Shown: positions 23,121 to 34,403 of the stretch, in pieces | How positions within the stretch are numbered: position 1 is the stretch's first letter | Layout of the letters: each line of letters opens with the position of its first letter | Source of the DNA: Basidiobolus meristosporus CBS 931.73 | Lineage: Eukaryota > Fungi > Basidiobolomycota | DNA length: 64,000 nucleotides | Assembly (NCBI GenBank): GCA_002104905.1 | Contig: MCFE01000017.1 | Span: forward strand, 186,001-250,000 | Reading direction: 5' to 3' | Notes under the pieces: model-generated | Told to the model about the DNA's origin: nothing | The model's database searches: none | The model's input: only the letters and a program-made list of their open reading frames with translations | Made by a program: the position numbers and the translations under genes

Positions 23121-23525
23121 ATGTCGTTTTTCAGCAATGCAAGGCTTTTCTTCTCAGCCAATCCAATGGCCGCTCTCTCCATAGCAGTTGTCCCTGCTGG
23201 AATGTATGTGGGATATCGTCTCCGGGATACTCGCGAAGAAGCTAACGAAAAGCTGCCTCCTAGAGAAGTAAGTCCTATTTACTCTGACACTTCATGCTCT
23301 CCACCACTCATGCCACCTTATCACATTAGCTTACACCTGAAGAACTGGAACAAAACGAGATGTTACGCCGAGAAGAGTAAGTACTCTACAAACTGTATAT
23401 ATAGTTGCGCGTTGGTTAACCATATATGAAGTTTGAAAACCAGAAGAAATCAGCTATTACGAGATCGTGAAGCTATCCTTAAGAAATTTGCTCAAATGGA
23501 GAGAGAAGAAGCAGAAAGTCAATAA
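23121..23525 (+). CDS. Small (about 95 aa) hypothetical protein with one hydrophobic segment and a coiled coil, two introns, possibly mitochondrial
   Basis: Two GTAAGT introns give a continuous frame: MSFFSNARLFF...AVVPAGMYVGYRLR...LTPEELEQNEMLRREEDLKTRRNQLLRDREAILKKFAQMEREEAESQ*. Confidence 0.6.
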
Positions 23526-23711
23526 TATCACTTAATACATACTCTACTGTCAACCACTACATACATTGTATTTACTCAACAGACATTCAATGATTAAATA
23601 TGCATCCAACTTTTTTGACCTCTCTAAATTGTGTAACAATAAGCCCAGTAAATAATCCCGTGACTAGAGATTTAATATCGGGTTGCCAGCATTTTTCGAG
23701 GCTACCGAATT

Positions 23712-26273
23712 ATGACTGCAGCTATTCGAACAAGAAAGCCAGTCTTAATAGGAGGAATAGCCAAAGCATTTCGGCTACTCTCAACAAACGTAGCTCCCTC
23801 GCTTCGACCATACCAACAGGAATGTCTCGATGTATGTATTGAGCAGTTCAAAAAGGGGATCAAAAAACAGGTTGTGTCGCTACCTGTAGGTAAATAGAGA
23901 ACCGGTATCCGTGAGACAATTGTTATGTTCATTAACTCTTCTTGAATTGATGCTGTCTAAGGGAGTGGAAAAACGGTATATACAACCTTGCTGATAGATT
24001 TCGACTTGGCCAACATGACATTGATCCGAAATTCTAGGTTATATTCTCCAATTTAATTTCAAAGCTCCCAAATCCTACACAGCAAGCCACAAAAGCTCTT
24101 GTCATTGCACATAGAGAAGAATTGATATACCAAGCATACAAACAAATCCAAAGAATCGCCCCCAACCTGGTTTGTAAAGATCGAGCAGTTCAACACTGGA
24201 GTATCATTTTGACTGTTTGAGATAGACCATTGAAATCGACAAGGGAAAGCAACATGCAACTGGTGCAGCCGATGTTATCATTGCCAGTGTCCCGACCTTA
24301 GGAAGGAAAGAATCGCTACGTATAGAAAAATATGATCCTCAGGAGTTTAAGTGCATTATCATAGACGAGGTAATCCGCTAGACACTCAAGGCTGCTTGAA
24401 ACCAATATGGACTAACCATAAAGTAGGCTCACCACGCAGCCGCATCCACATATCTAAAAATTTTGGATCATTTCGGTGCACGAGAACCTGAATCTCATAT
24501 GTTGGTGTGGGGTTGTTCGGCAACAGTAAGGCGACATGACGGCCTTAAACTGGATGGAATATTTGATTACATTGCCTACCACAAGAGCTTTTTAGACATG
24601 ATTGAGCAGAATTGGTATTGTTCGCAACAACAGGAAGTCAACACTAATGCTTATCGTAACACTTTTCTCTCAACACTGGTGCTTCAATAGGCTGTGTAAT
24701 TTGAAAATCACTACTGTCAAAACCAACACCGACCTCTCAGGAATTCGACGCTATAACTTTGATTTCAATACAGCACAACTAGCCTCTCGGACAAACGTCC
24801 CTCAAAGAAATGAAATTATCATACACAGCTATCTCAAATATGCCGGTAATGCCGTGCATTGAATATTGATCATTGCCTGCATTTTCCAACCGTATTTTGC
24901 ATTTTTAGCGGATCGCGCATCCACTCTGGTTTTTGCTGTTGACATTAAACATGCTGAAACGTTAGCCGAGTTATTCACATCCTACGGAGTTGAAGCCAAG
25001 TGTGTAACCAGCAAGACCCATAACACAAGCCGCGCCGAGATCCTAGCCGATTTTCGAGCACGCAAATTTCCAGTATTGATTAACTGTGGTAACTTCATCT
25101 TTCATTGGATGTTACATGTCGTATGACCCTAAACTTTTTGCGATCTAGGAATTTTAACCGAAGGAACTGGTATTGTGTTCATGAACAAAAAACCTTCGGT
25201 CATTTTGTCATTAACGAAATGTGGTGTAGATATCCCTGGCATAGACTGCGTTATTATGGCACGCCCAACGCAAAGCCATGTGTTATTTCAGCAGATGCTA
25301 GGCCGAGGAATGAGGCTACATCCTGAGAAAACTGACTGCCTAGCATTAGATGTTGTGGATAACTTTAACAGTCATGACTTGGTTACAATCCCTACTCTGC
25401 TTGGCCTCGACTACAACGTGGAATTCTCAGGTATCCCTCACCAAATTTATCCGGCTATATCCTACAACACTAATCACCGATAACTAGGCAAAGATGCAAT
25501 AGTAGCACAAAAGGAGGCTAAAAACACCACAGGTACATACTTTGAGCCAATGGTTTTACCGACTACGTTAACCGGAATTTCACTTGTAGATGATCAATCT
25601 GTCGAGGTAAACATTCTCTCGGTGGATGTTACAGAGTATGACAATCCCTACGAACTTCAACGTTCCAAGTCATCTACCACATCAAAATTGGAAAAACTAT
25701 CCAAGTACCGATGGTTAACTATTGGTCATGACACTTATATCCTGAATACAAACAAAAGAACAATTCGCTTAGAGAAAGATCCCGATGGTCAGTACTATCT
25801 TGTATCCCAAGCTAGGCATCAGCAACAAGCCTCACCATATACGCATCGTAGGGAATTATCGTGCAAGATTGAAAAATCGAATCATGTCCCCAAGCAGCAC
25901 CATACTCTACAGCAAGTCGCAAGAACTGCCAATCGTTAGCGATACATTAACTTCTGCAATCCACGCATGCGACACATATCTAGATTCTAAATACGGCCTC
26001 CAATTCTTTGCCTTGCGAAATGCCCCTTGGAGAAATCAGCCGGCCACTGCAGGCCAATTGAGATATTTGAAGCGATTGATGGGCGATAACTTCCCAACTC
26101 AAGAGAAACTGCGCAAAGGAGAAGCGAATGATTTGATTGCCAAGCTGACCGAGGGAGCTGGTAAGGTCTATAAAGAGAAACTGAAGCTTGCCAAAAACAT
26201 GGAAAAACTAGAAAGCAAAAAGCAAGAGAAGATGGAGCGTATGAGAGTGGCAGTTGGCCCAATATCCGAATGA
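23712..26273 (+). CDS. IRC3: Irc3-like mitochondrial superfamily-2 helicase, multi-exon
   Basis: LRPYQQEC, VSLPVGSGKT (spliced), IIDEAHHAAAS, WGCSATVRRHDG, STLVFAVD and ARPTQSHVLFQQMLGRGMRLHPEK. Confidence 0.9.
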
Positions 26274-26640
26274 GCTCTGGACTATACCTAGCCACCAATC
26301 CCGATACTCCTTGATTCCCAAGGATACTCGGGCCAGATCTTTATTCATAAATTACTCAAACTCGGCCATAGAGTATTGAGTAACGTCGAGATGATGGCTT
26401 CCACTAAGCACCCTATAGGAGAAATAAACAAAGAACAAATTAGACGGAATGGGGTGGTAAGCACGTAGACACCACTTAAAATCATCACTGTGATTCAATT
26501 GTTTATAATAGGGATAAATAAATTAAGGGAAGGGAGTTCGTCATCAGAAATTTAGTATCTTTTCTTGAAGTTGTGCACAATACGCATTTGTGCTTCCCTT
26601 GCTCACCATCATGGCAGCGTTAAACCGTTCCAATGCCACT

Positions 26641-28071
26641 ATGTTCAGAAAGAAGAATCGAAACCTCACTGGGCTGAAGATTTCTCCTATCGTTGGCACT
26701 CCAGAGCAGCAATCCCCGAATGCATCCACGTTTGCCACAAACACAGTAGCACTGAAAAGCGCCGTGGACAGGAGTAATTTACATTCGAATGGCGAGAACA
26801 GTGATCCGACGACGGAATTCTTGGATTTGAATCCAAGTAACATTGTGGAGATCAAAAAGCTTGGCGAAGGCGCGGGTGGCTCAGTTTCCCAAGTTCGCCA
26901 CGAGCCTACGGGGATGATTATGGCACGCAAGGTAAATTATTGTTTTTGAATCCGTCTCAGCAATTCCTTAAAACCAACCCATCCGCCCATCAACCACCGG
27001 AAATCCTATGAAGATGTGAATTTCCTGAAACTAACTGGCTCTCCATTGTCCCGTAGACTGTCCCAGCTGATCCTGATCCAAACATGCAACGCCAGATCAT
27101 ACGAGAACTATCCTTCCTTCGTACCTGTAAATCACCCTATATTGTATCATTTTATGGTGCATATTTAGATGAAGAAGACACATCGATTTCGATCTGTATG
27201 GAGTACTGTGATGGCGGTAGCTTCGATGCCATATTTAGAAGGGCAGCTGAGAAGGGTGGGCGTATTGGCGAAGGCGTGCTTGGGAAAATAGCGGTAGCGG
27301 TATGATTATCTGAGTTAGCTGCATATTGCTGGTGAAGTTTCGTCTAAATCACGCGTCGATCTACATAGGTTCTGAATGGCTTGGTTTATCTCCACAGCCG
27401 TCACATCATCCACAGAGGTATATTCCCCAAATCGATACATACCATGTAGATGATTTCTGACTGAAAAAGCTAGATGTCAAGCCATCCAACATTGTAGTGA
27501 CCAGCGACGGAAACATCAAGTTGTGCGATTTTGGAGTCAGTGGGGAGCTGATTGACTCGATTGCTGCCACATTCGTAGGGACGAGTTATTACATGGCGGT
27601 GAGTTGAAATAGTCGATTGTAATGCTCAACCAGCTGCTGAGATCCCTTTTTCTAGCCGGAAAGAATCCAAGGGGCACGGTATGCTGTGCAATCCGATGTC
27701 TGGTCACTGGGATTGTCCATCATCGAAATTGCCAATTCCCGCTTCCCCTTCCCGCCACCTGGGCACCCGCCCCTTGCCATTTTTGAGTTATTAGATTACA
27801 TCGTACGCTCGCCAGTGCCAGGACTACGAGTTGAAGACGGCTGGAGCCCGGAGATCTCCAACTTCGTTGCCAAATGGTTGATATTGCTGATTCGTCATCG
27901 TCTACCACTGAACCTGTACTAACCGCCCTTGCCCACCCTCTTCAACCCAGTCTTATCAAGGATTCATCACAACGACCAACTCCAAGACAGCTGTTGAATG
28001 ATCCGTTTGTGGTGCGCTACACGGAAACACCCGTAGACCTAGCCCGATTTGTGCGTGAAGTATGGGCTTAG
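26641..28071 (+). CDS. MKK1: MAP kinase kinase, Mkk1/Mkk2 (Pek1)-like, multi-exon
   Basis: N-terminal docking site [71 protein letters not shown]. Confidence 0.88.
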
Positions 28072-29382
28072 ACACTACCAAGGTACCAACCCCTCACCTT
28101 CTCATCTACACGTATTTCGGATCACTTGGACCAAACACTCGACCTCAAAAGGAAACCCAGCCTTTTTGGAATCATCCACTTCATGTAATTTTTATTTCGA
28201 AAACAAGAAAATCGGTTATTGTCCTATATTCCTGCTCACCCCTGCCCATTCCTGAATATATGTTGTTAGAGGCATCCGTACAATCCAAATAAAAATCCAT
28301 TCCAACCGCCGCCTGCATGAACTTGCATACAGTGATTGTCGCAGAGTCGCACAAGTCGCTTGGGTGATGAATCACAGAAGCACCAAGAAATCCACGTGCA
28401 TCCCCTCAAAGCTGATTAATTAAAAATCCATTTGGGAAATGACTCCAGTTCGATTTAATTTAGCTCAATGTATTTTCCACGATGTTTTTCTCGAAACGAT
28501 GACGAGTCAGGCGCGTACGAATGGGCCGATGTCCCGGGTGATCTCGCTATTTACTGGCATTTTGATGCTAATTCGATGGTAATCTCATTTCCCGAAATGG
28601 CCTTAACCACACTTCTATTGGCGATGGCCATTTATTGGTCACGCTGTTACATTCCAACGGCAAGCTCGGTATGTTACGGCTGGTTTGGTTGAGGTCTGCC
28701 GTTCGTGGCATCGGGCTTCGTAGCTGCTGGTGGAAACGGGCTTATGTGCAGGAAACCGCCCCAAAATCTGTCAATGTGGACTGTTGGCTAGCTGCCACAT
28801 ACAATAATGACCTGTTTAATAACATCTACTGAAGAGTCACCCACACTTCGGAACCATCCTGATCGATTAATCGACTGCCGTTGCTTTCTAGATGTCCCGT
28901 AATCCCTAACCCTCATGCTGAGCCATCCTTTCTATGAAATCCAAAATATGGACTGTTACCCAACTAGGAAGGTTTCCCATAATAGGAAAACCCCATAAGT
29001 TGAAATCGATTTTACTTGGTGTGTGCCTACCAATCAAGTAGTAATGCGGCTCATCTTCGAACCACACATGATTGGATAAGGTCTAGATTTTGCTGAACTG
29101 GGTTCCTCTCGAGGTGGTCCCTAATTTATTTTCCCTTTTATCTCCTTCCTACTCTCCCCGTGGGCTCGCTCTTGATTCTACTTAATTTCTTTCGCCTTTA
29201 ACTTAGTAGTTATTGCTTCAGAAAATCTCTCCCCCCCAAACCGTGTTGTTTAGTCGCCAAGAAAATTCGTAGCAGCGTCGCGCAAGAAAATACCGAGGAT
29301 TTTCTTGTTCTATAACTAATTTTCTAGTAGGAATTTTCATCAACAGGAGCTGCAGTATATTGACTATTCAATATACCTAAAC

Positions 29383-31248
29383 ATGGCACCCATCATATTA
29401 TCCATCAAAGGGAACAAATCTTTCACTTCCTTTTCGAACCTTAATACAGAAGAAGACCTGTCTAAAACATGGCGCGTGTGCACAAAGGTCAAAGATTCCC
29501 TTGAGAATGGCAACCGTCTTGAAAATCTGTCTTGGAGGTTGTGGCACTTACACAAAAGCATGGTGCATGGCCAAAAGAATTCTAAAAGCCAATTCAAGAA
29601 ATACGCTACTGCCAAGACCAAGAAGCTTGAGAGTGACACTGGGATCGAAAGTCCTACAGCGTCCCCTAGAAACCCTCCAATGCAGTCGATGCCGGCGGAG
29701 GATAAGGAGCCTGTTAAGAAGCTTCCCTTGCTGAAGGAGGCTACCACGGAGCCAAAAGAGTCCACCTCTTTACCCAATACTCGTGCTCCGTCACCTACCA
29801 CAAAGCCCAAGGAGAGCTCAACCAATTCAGCGTCGGCCGCTGCAGGCACTGCCTCGGTTAATCCACCTGAGCAGAGTGTAGTGCAACCTGGCTTTGTAAG
29901 TCAGCCTACACAACCCGCCGCTGTACCTAGCACCAGTGCTATGGCTATCGGTGCGCAGAGCGTCAGTAATAACTTCACATCCCATTATTCGCACAATGTG
30001 GCAGAACAATTTCCGCAGCAAGCAAATGGAACTCAATCTGCCCAAGTGATTGGATTGGAAGACATCTTTGGGACGTACGCTGCATCGGCTTTCTTAGGTG
30101 CTTTTGATGAGCCACCTTCGCTGGAGATTCCTCTTGAAGACATTTCCGGCCCTCAGGACTGGGAACCCTACGGCGGAAATTCTACTTTTAGCACACCAGC
30201 TATATCGCCTATTTCCACCCCAGCCAACGACTCTATGCCCTACTATTTATACAACAATCAATGGTATGAACAAAGCATGAATCAGCAAGGAACCGGGCTC
30301 CCATACAATGGGGCCAACAACCTGAACATGACCAATATGCCAACCACAAGCTTCCCTCAATCCTCATTATCTTCCATGGTGCCTATGAATCGACAAGGCT
30401 TCAATTCTGTACAAACTACTTCAGAGAGCCCTGCTCCTACGATGAATGCATCCAACCCATATATTGGCAATTTCGGTAGCAACCCGGTGACTTCGGCGGC
30501 CGCCCCACCTTCCTCCAACTATAACGGAATGCAAATTCCTTCCGGAAGCTCCGACTCGTACGGATCAAGCACCACACCAAGTGCCAATATCTCCGAGAAC
30601 GAGAAGGTAGATGGGAAGGTCCAATGCAAGAATTGCAACGCTACATCCACACCTTTGTGGAGACGTTCTGCGAACGATGAGTTGCTCTGCAATGCCTGCG
30701 GCTTATAGTAAGTTTCTCCCTCTTTATCGTATCAGAATCGATCGAAGGATGAACGCTAACGTTAATTCCAGCCTTAAACTACACAATGTAGCACGTCCGA
30801 AGACCATGAAGCCTCATATTGTCCGCAAAGATGCCAGGAGCGATGACTCCCAGTCACAGCCAATCTGCTCAAACTGTAGCACCACAACCACCCCGCTGTG
30901 GAGAAGAGATGACAAAGGAAATACCTTATGCAATGCCTGTGGCTTATAGTAAGTTCTTGTTAATGCAGTTGCTCCTGGCCTTCGATGAATGTTTACGTTT
31001 TCTATCATAGCCTGAAGCTCCATCATGAGATGAGACCGCTTTCCATGAAAACGGACATCATCAAAAAGCGTCAAAGATACGATAGTGGACAGTCGACAGC
31101 CACTAAGAGAAGTGTGAAGAAGCAAAAGCCAGCAGAGCCACAAGCCACGCCACTCCCAACCCATCAGATCTCGGGGCCTTCTCACGTTCCCCCACAGAAT
31201 CAGTCACAGATCTACCTGATGTCTTCCGATAATATGGGATACCACTGA
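29383..31248 (+). CDS. GATA transcription factor with N-terminal DUF1752 (AreA-type NLSWRLW) and two GATA zinc fingers; introns 30708-30771 and 30949-31010
   Basis: [39 protein letters not shown]|LKLH and [28 protein letters not shown]|LKLH. Confidence 0.9.
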
Positions 31249-32156
31249 ACATCCGATTGGCGTAAACATTCAAGTTTGTATTCCCGGAAGCGAAATTCAT
31301 CTGGCTGGTTCTGTACACTTGAACATGCTTCGCCCTGCTCGCTTTTGCTATTCGCACTTGGCTAAATCGTACTAATTTTGATCCGCTAGCGAACGGTAGT
31401 TTCAACCTTATGGAAGTAATTGTATAAAAAGATTTACATTCGGTTCAGATAGAGTTTTATTTTATTGTTTATAATTTCCATTCTCCAAATCCCTTTTCAC
31501 TTCTCTAGCACCACGACCACGACCACCATTTACACTGGAACACTTTTCCCCTTCCCCAGACTTCCCCCCCACCCACTCGAGTATATTTATAGCTGTTTGT
31601 GTTCTAATCCATATTTACAGTTCCTAATACACCCGTCCGCTTTCCTCTCATATAGCTTTGGTGTATCTTTCTTGGTTGCTTGTTTACATTTTCACATAAT
31701 CCATCAACCATCTTGGTATGAATAAACTACTCCGTATCAAGGTATCCGGTTATCGATATGCAGGGCTTTCAGACAGGGTGGGTGAACGGGATGGCGGAGT
31801 TGCGAGTGAACGGTTAACCGAATATTTCCCCGATCTAGAAGGTGGTCGGAACGTATGGTTCTTGGGGATTGCCCTTGCTGATGGGTGATTGATTCCCCGC
31901 CCAAGAGATTGGTAATTCATTTCTCGACTGCTTCGGCGGACATTTTCGGCATGTGATTGATAGGAACCGTGATAAGCTCCCAAAATAGATGGCCACCTCA
32001 CCTTCGATTAATCATCGACTGAGTTTGATCTACATGACGTTGAGTCATTACACGTGATACGATGATTGGGTGGTATCCATCATGCTAGGATGGAGCAGTT
32101 TATTATAGGGATGCAGTAGGGTAAGGATAGGGTAGGGCTGGTTTGGTTTGGGGGAC

Positions 32157-32805
32157 TTAGGCTTGTTGCTTTTGCATTTGTTCCTGATACAAGGTTTGGA
32201 GTTTAACAATCTAATTCAATAATGGATAAAGATACGATTAGGATACACAGGTAGATTAGGAAGGGGGCACATCTCCGACAAACCTCAGTCTTCTTCTTCT
32301 CCTGCTTCTCGCTCAAATCCTTGATCTGCTCCTCGAGGCGTTTGCTTTGTTTGAAAAGGTGATGGCGGTCGTTAGCAAGATGGAGAAGGCACGAATGTCG
32401 GTAAGTAAATGCCTACATTTCTGCCTTGATGAACTCGATACGTTTCTGCACGTTGGTGTTAGCCTCGACCTTCTCTTGCTTTACGAGTACGGGTCCGATT
32501 AGCTTGTAGATGTTGGCATCGTCTTTCAAAACGGAGAATTCCTGCAAAGGGTCGGGGGCTCGTCAGTACGTAACGGAGAGCAAACACGTCTAGGTGGGGT
32601 GGCTACCTTAGCGACGATCTCGTTTTCTTGAAGCTGAGAATCCAGTCTTTGACGGGACTCGACGACCTTGGCAAACTCTGTGGTGGGTGGACAAACCGTT
32701 ACAATATGGAACAGGTGAGGTCGGGAACGGCCAAGCTTCGAACCAACCTTTCTGCAGATTTTGGAAGGCTAGGGATTCCGCTTCTAATCTAGCTTCGACT
32801 GACAT
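32157..32805 (-). CDS. YKE2: Prefoldin subunit 6 (Yke2/Gim1), multi-exon
   Basis: MSVEARLE...QRLDSQLQENEIVAKEFSVLKDDANIYKLIGPVLVKQEKVEANTNVQKRIEFIKAE. Confidence 0.9.
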
Positions 32806-33095
32806 GATGTAAAGTAAGGCGGAGGGAGGTCTGGCTTGCCGGTGGTGATAAGTTGAGGGCCAGTTTTTTTTCTTGCTCTAGTCTGGTTGAAATCAGAGAA
32901 AATCCACCGAGATTTAATCACTCTAGTTTATTGGTGGGTAAAAAGGGTCGATGATCTTGAATAAATAAACGACCTTCACCATGGTGTTGAGCATGATCAG
33001 AAGACAGAGGAAGGTGATGGAAACAATGTTTATACATTTCTAAGGCTCGTTACATGGATTTTATATTGAAGATATGGGAAGTGGTTTGTCGGCGT

Positions 33096-34126
33096 TTATA
33101 AACAGAGTCTATATGTTAAATATCTTCCGGCCGTTTCACTAGGACGAATGATCTTCACCACCTATCGAGGGATGTTAGTGACAAGGAAGATCGAAACGCA
33201 TCGCGAACTTGGCGATCCGTACCTGTCCTCTCTTAAGACCATAATATCTGGCAACGGGGTCCGATGGCTGGATACGAGGTAATTGGGTCTCCTTTAAGCG
33301 ACTAAAGCTCGGTTAAGGATACAGGTCGATTGGATGGCGACAAATGATACGGATGAGACATAAAAAAGGATACTATCTTTGTAGTAGAGTTTTCTTTTCG
33401 TCGGGAGTCAACACAACGTGAATGGGGACGAGCTGATGCTCAGTGATGTTGACCAACAATTCACTCTCATGGAAAGACTCCAGGTTGTATTTGGCCGACA
33501 TTTGGTCAATAACCTAGAGTAGATTTAGCAAATAGTCTGAACCAGCAGTTCGACCGGATTTGCAGTTACCTTGTTGGCGGAGGAAGTCATGGTACCTTGG
33601 TAAACGATGACTCCCTTGGGAATGCCTTGGGTCACCATTCTCTCGCAGTACCTAGGGAGTAAGGTATCAAAAGATCAGCCCAAACTCCTCCCTCTTATCA
33701 TATGTCCAAACACACATACTTTCTGATAGGCTTGACACCAACGGACTTTTCCTCTGGGAAGAACACAAGCAATTGATCCGAAGGATCGTCCTTCTTCTGG
33801 ACCAAGAAGGTGAGGGAATTACGACTATGGGAAAAAACCAGGGCAAGCATCAGCATATGTCCAGAAGGTTCCAGCGGGCTCTTTCCTGCCTAGAAGACGA
33901 TTACTCACTCAACCATGCCAGCTCTGGCGTACATATTCTTAAACTGCTCTAGATCCATATCCAACTCAGCTTGACTCACCAGATAGCCCTACGTCCAGAT
34001 ATTTAAGCAACATGAACAGGTAAAACGTATCGAGGAGGAAAAGGTAAATACTCTGTCGTGGGCCAATTGGTGAACGGTTCTGTAAACCCTCCATAGTTTG
34101 GCGACTTCTCTTTGGTCTTGGTCCAT
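33096..34126 (-). CDS. RPB5: RNA polymerase I/II/III shared subunit Rpb5 (RPABC1), multi-exon, includes one U12-type intron
   Basis: [25 protein letters not shown]...[13 protein letters not shown]...[18 protein letters not shown]...[42 protein letters not shown]. Confidence 0.95.
33302..33373 (-). other. U12-type (minor spliceosome) GT-AG intron, 72 nt
   Basis: 5' splice site GTATCCTTTT. Branch site ATCCTTAACC (+ strand 33311-33320) lies about 10-12 nt from the 3' AG. Removing it restores TA|T CGC TTA AAG (Y R L K). Confidence 0.9.
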
Positions 34127-34403
34127 TGTGTGAATAAAATCAACAAGATACCCCTATTGCTGGTTAGCCATCCAATATAACTACCAAAAAAAAATCGACT
34201 TGGAGGGGATTTTTTTTTTGTTTCCAAGAATTCCCCTCATCTCCCGTTCGTGGCTAAATTCATGCAGGATTCTAAGCAATTTGATTGTTTTATTGATCTT
34301 TTGCCTGGCCAGACGGCCGGCTCCAATGGGGATGGGTTTGGATGTTGTGCTGGTAAGCAGGTTGATGCGAACAGATGGAATGGTGCGGCAACTCATCAGT
34401 CTC

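Noticed and set aside
25431-25487. IRC3 intron starting GTATCCCT as a second U12 intron
   Set aside because: Mismatch at +7, no CCTTAAC branch, and a U2-type ACTAAT branch is present.
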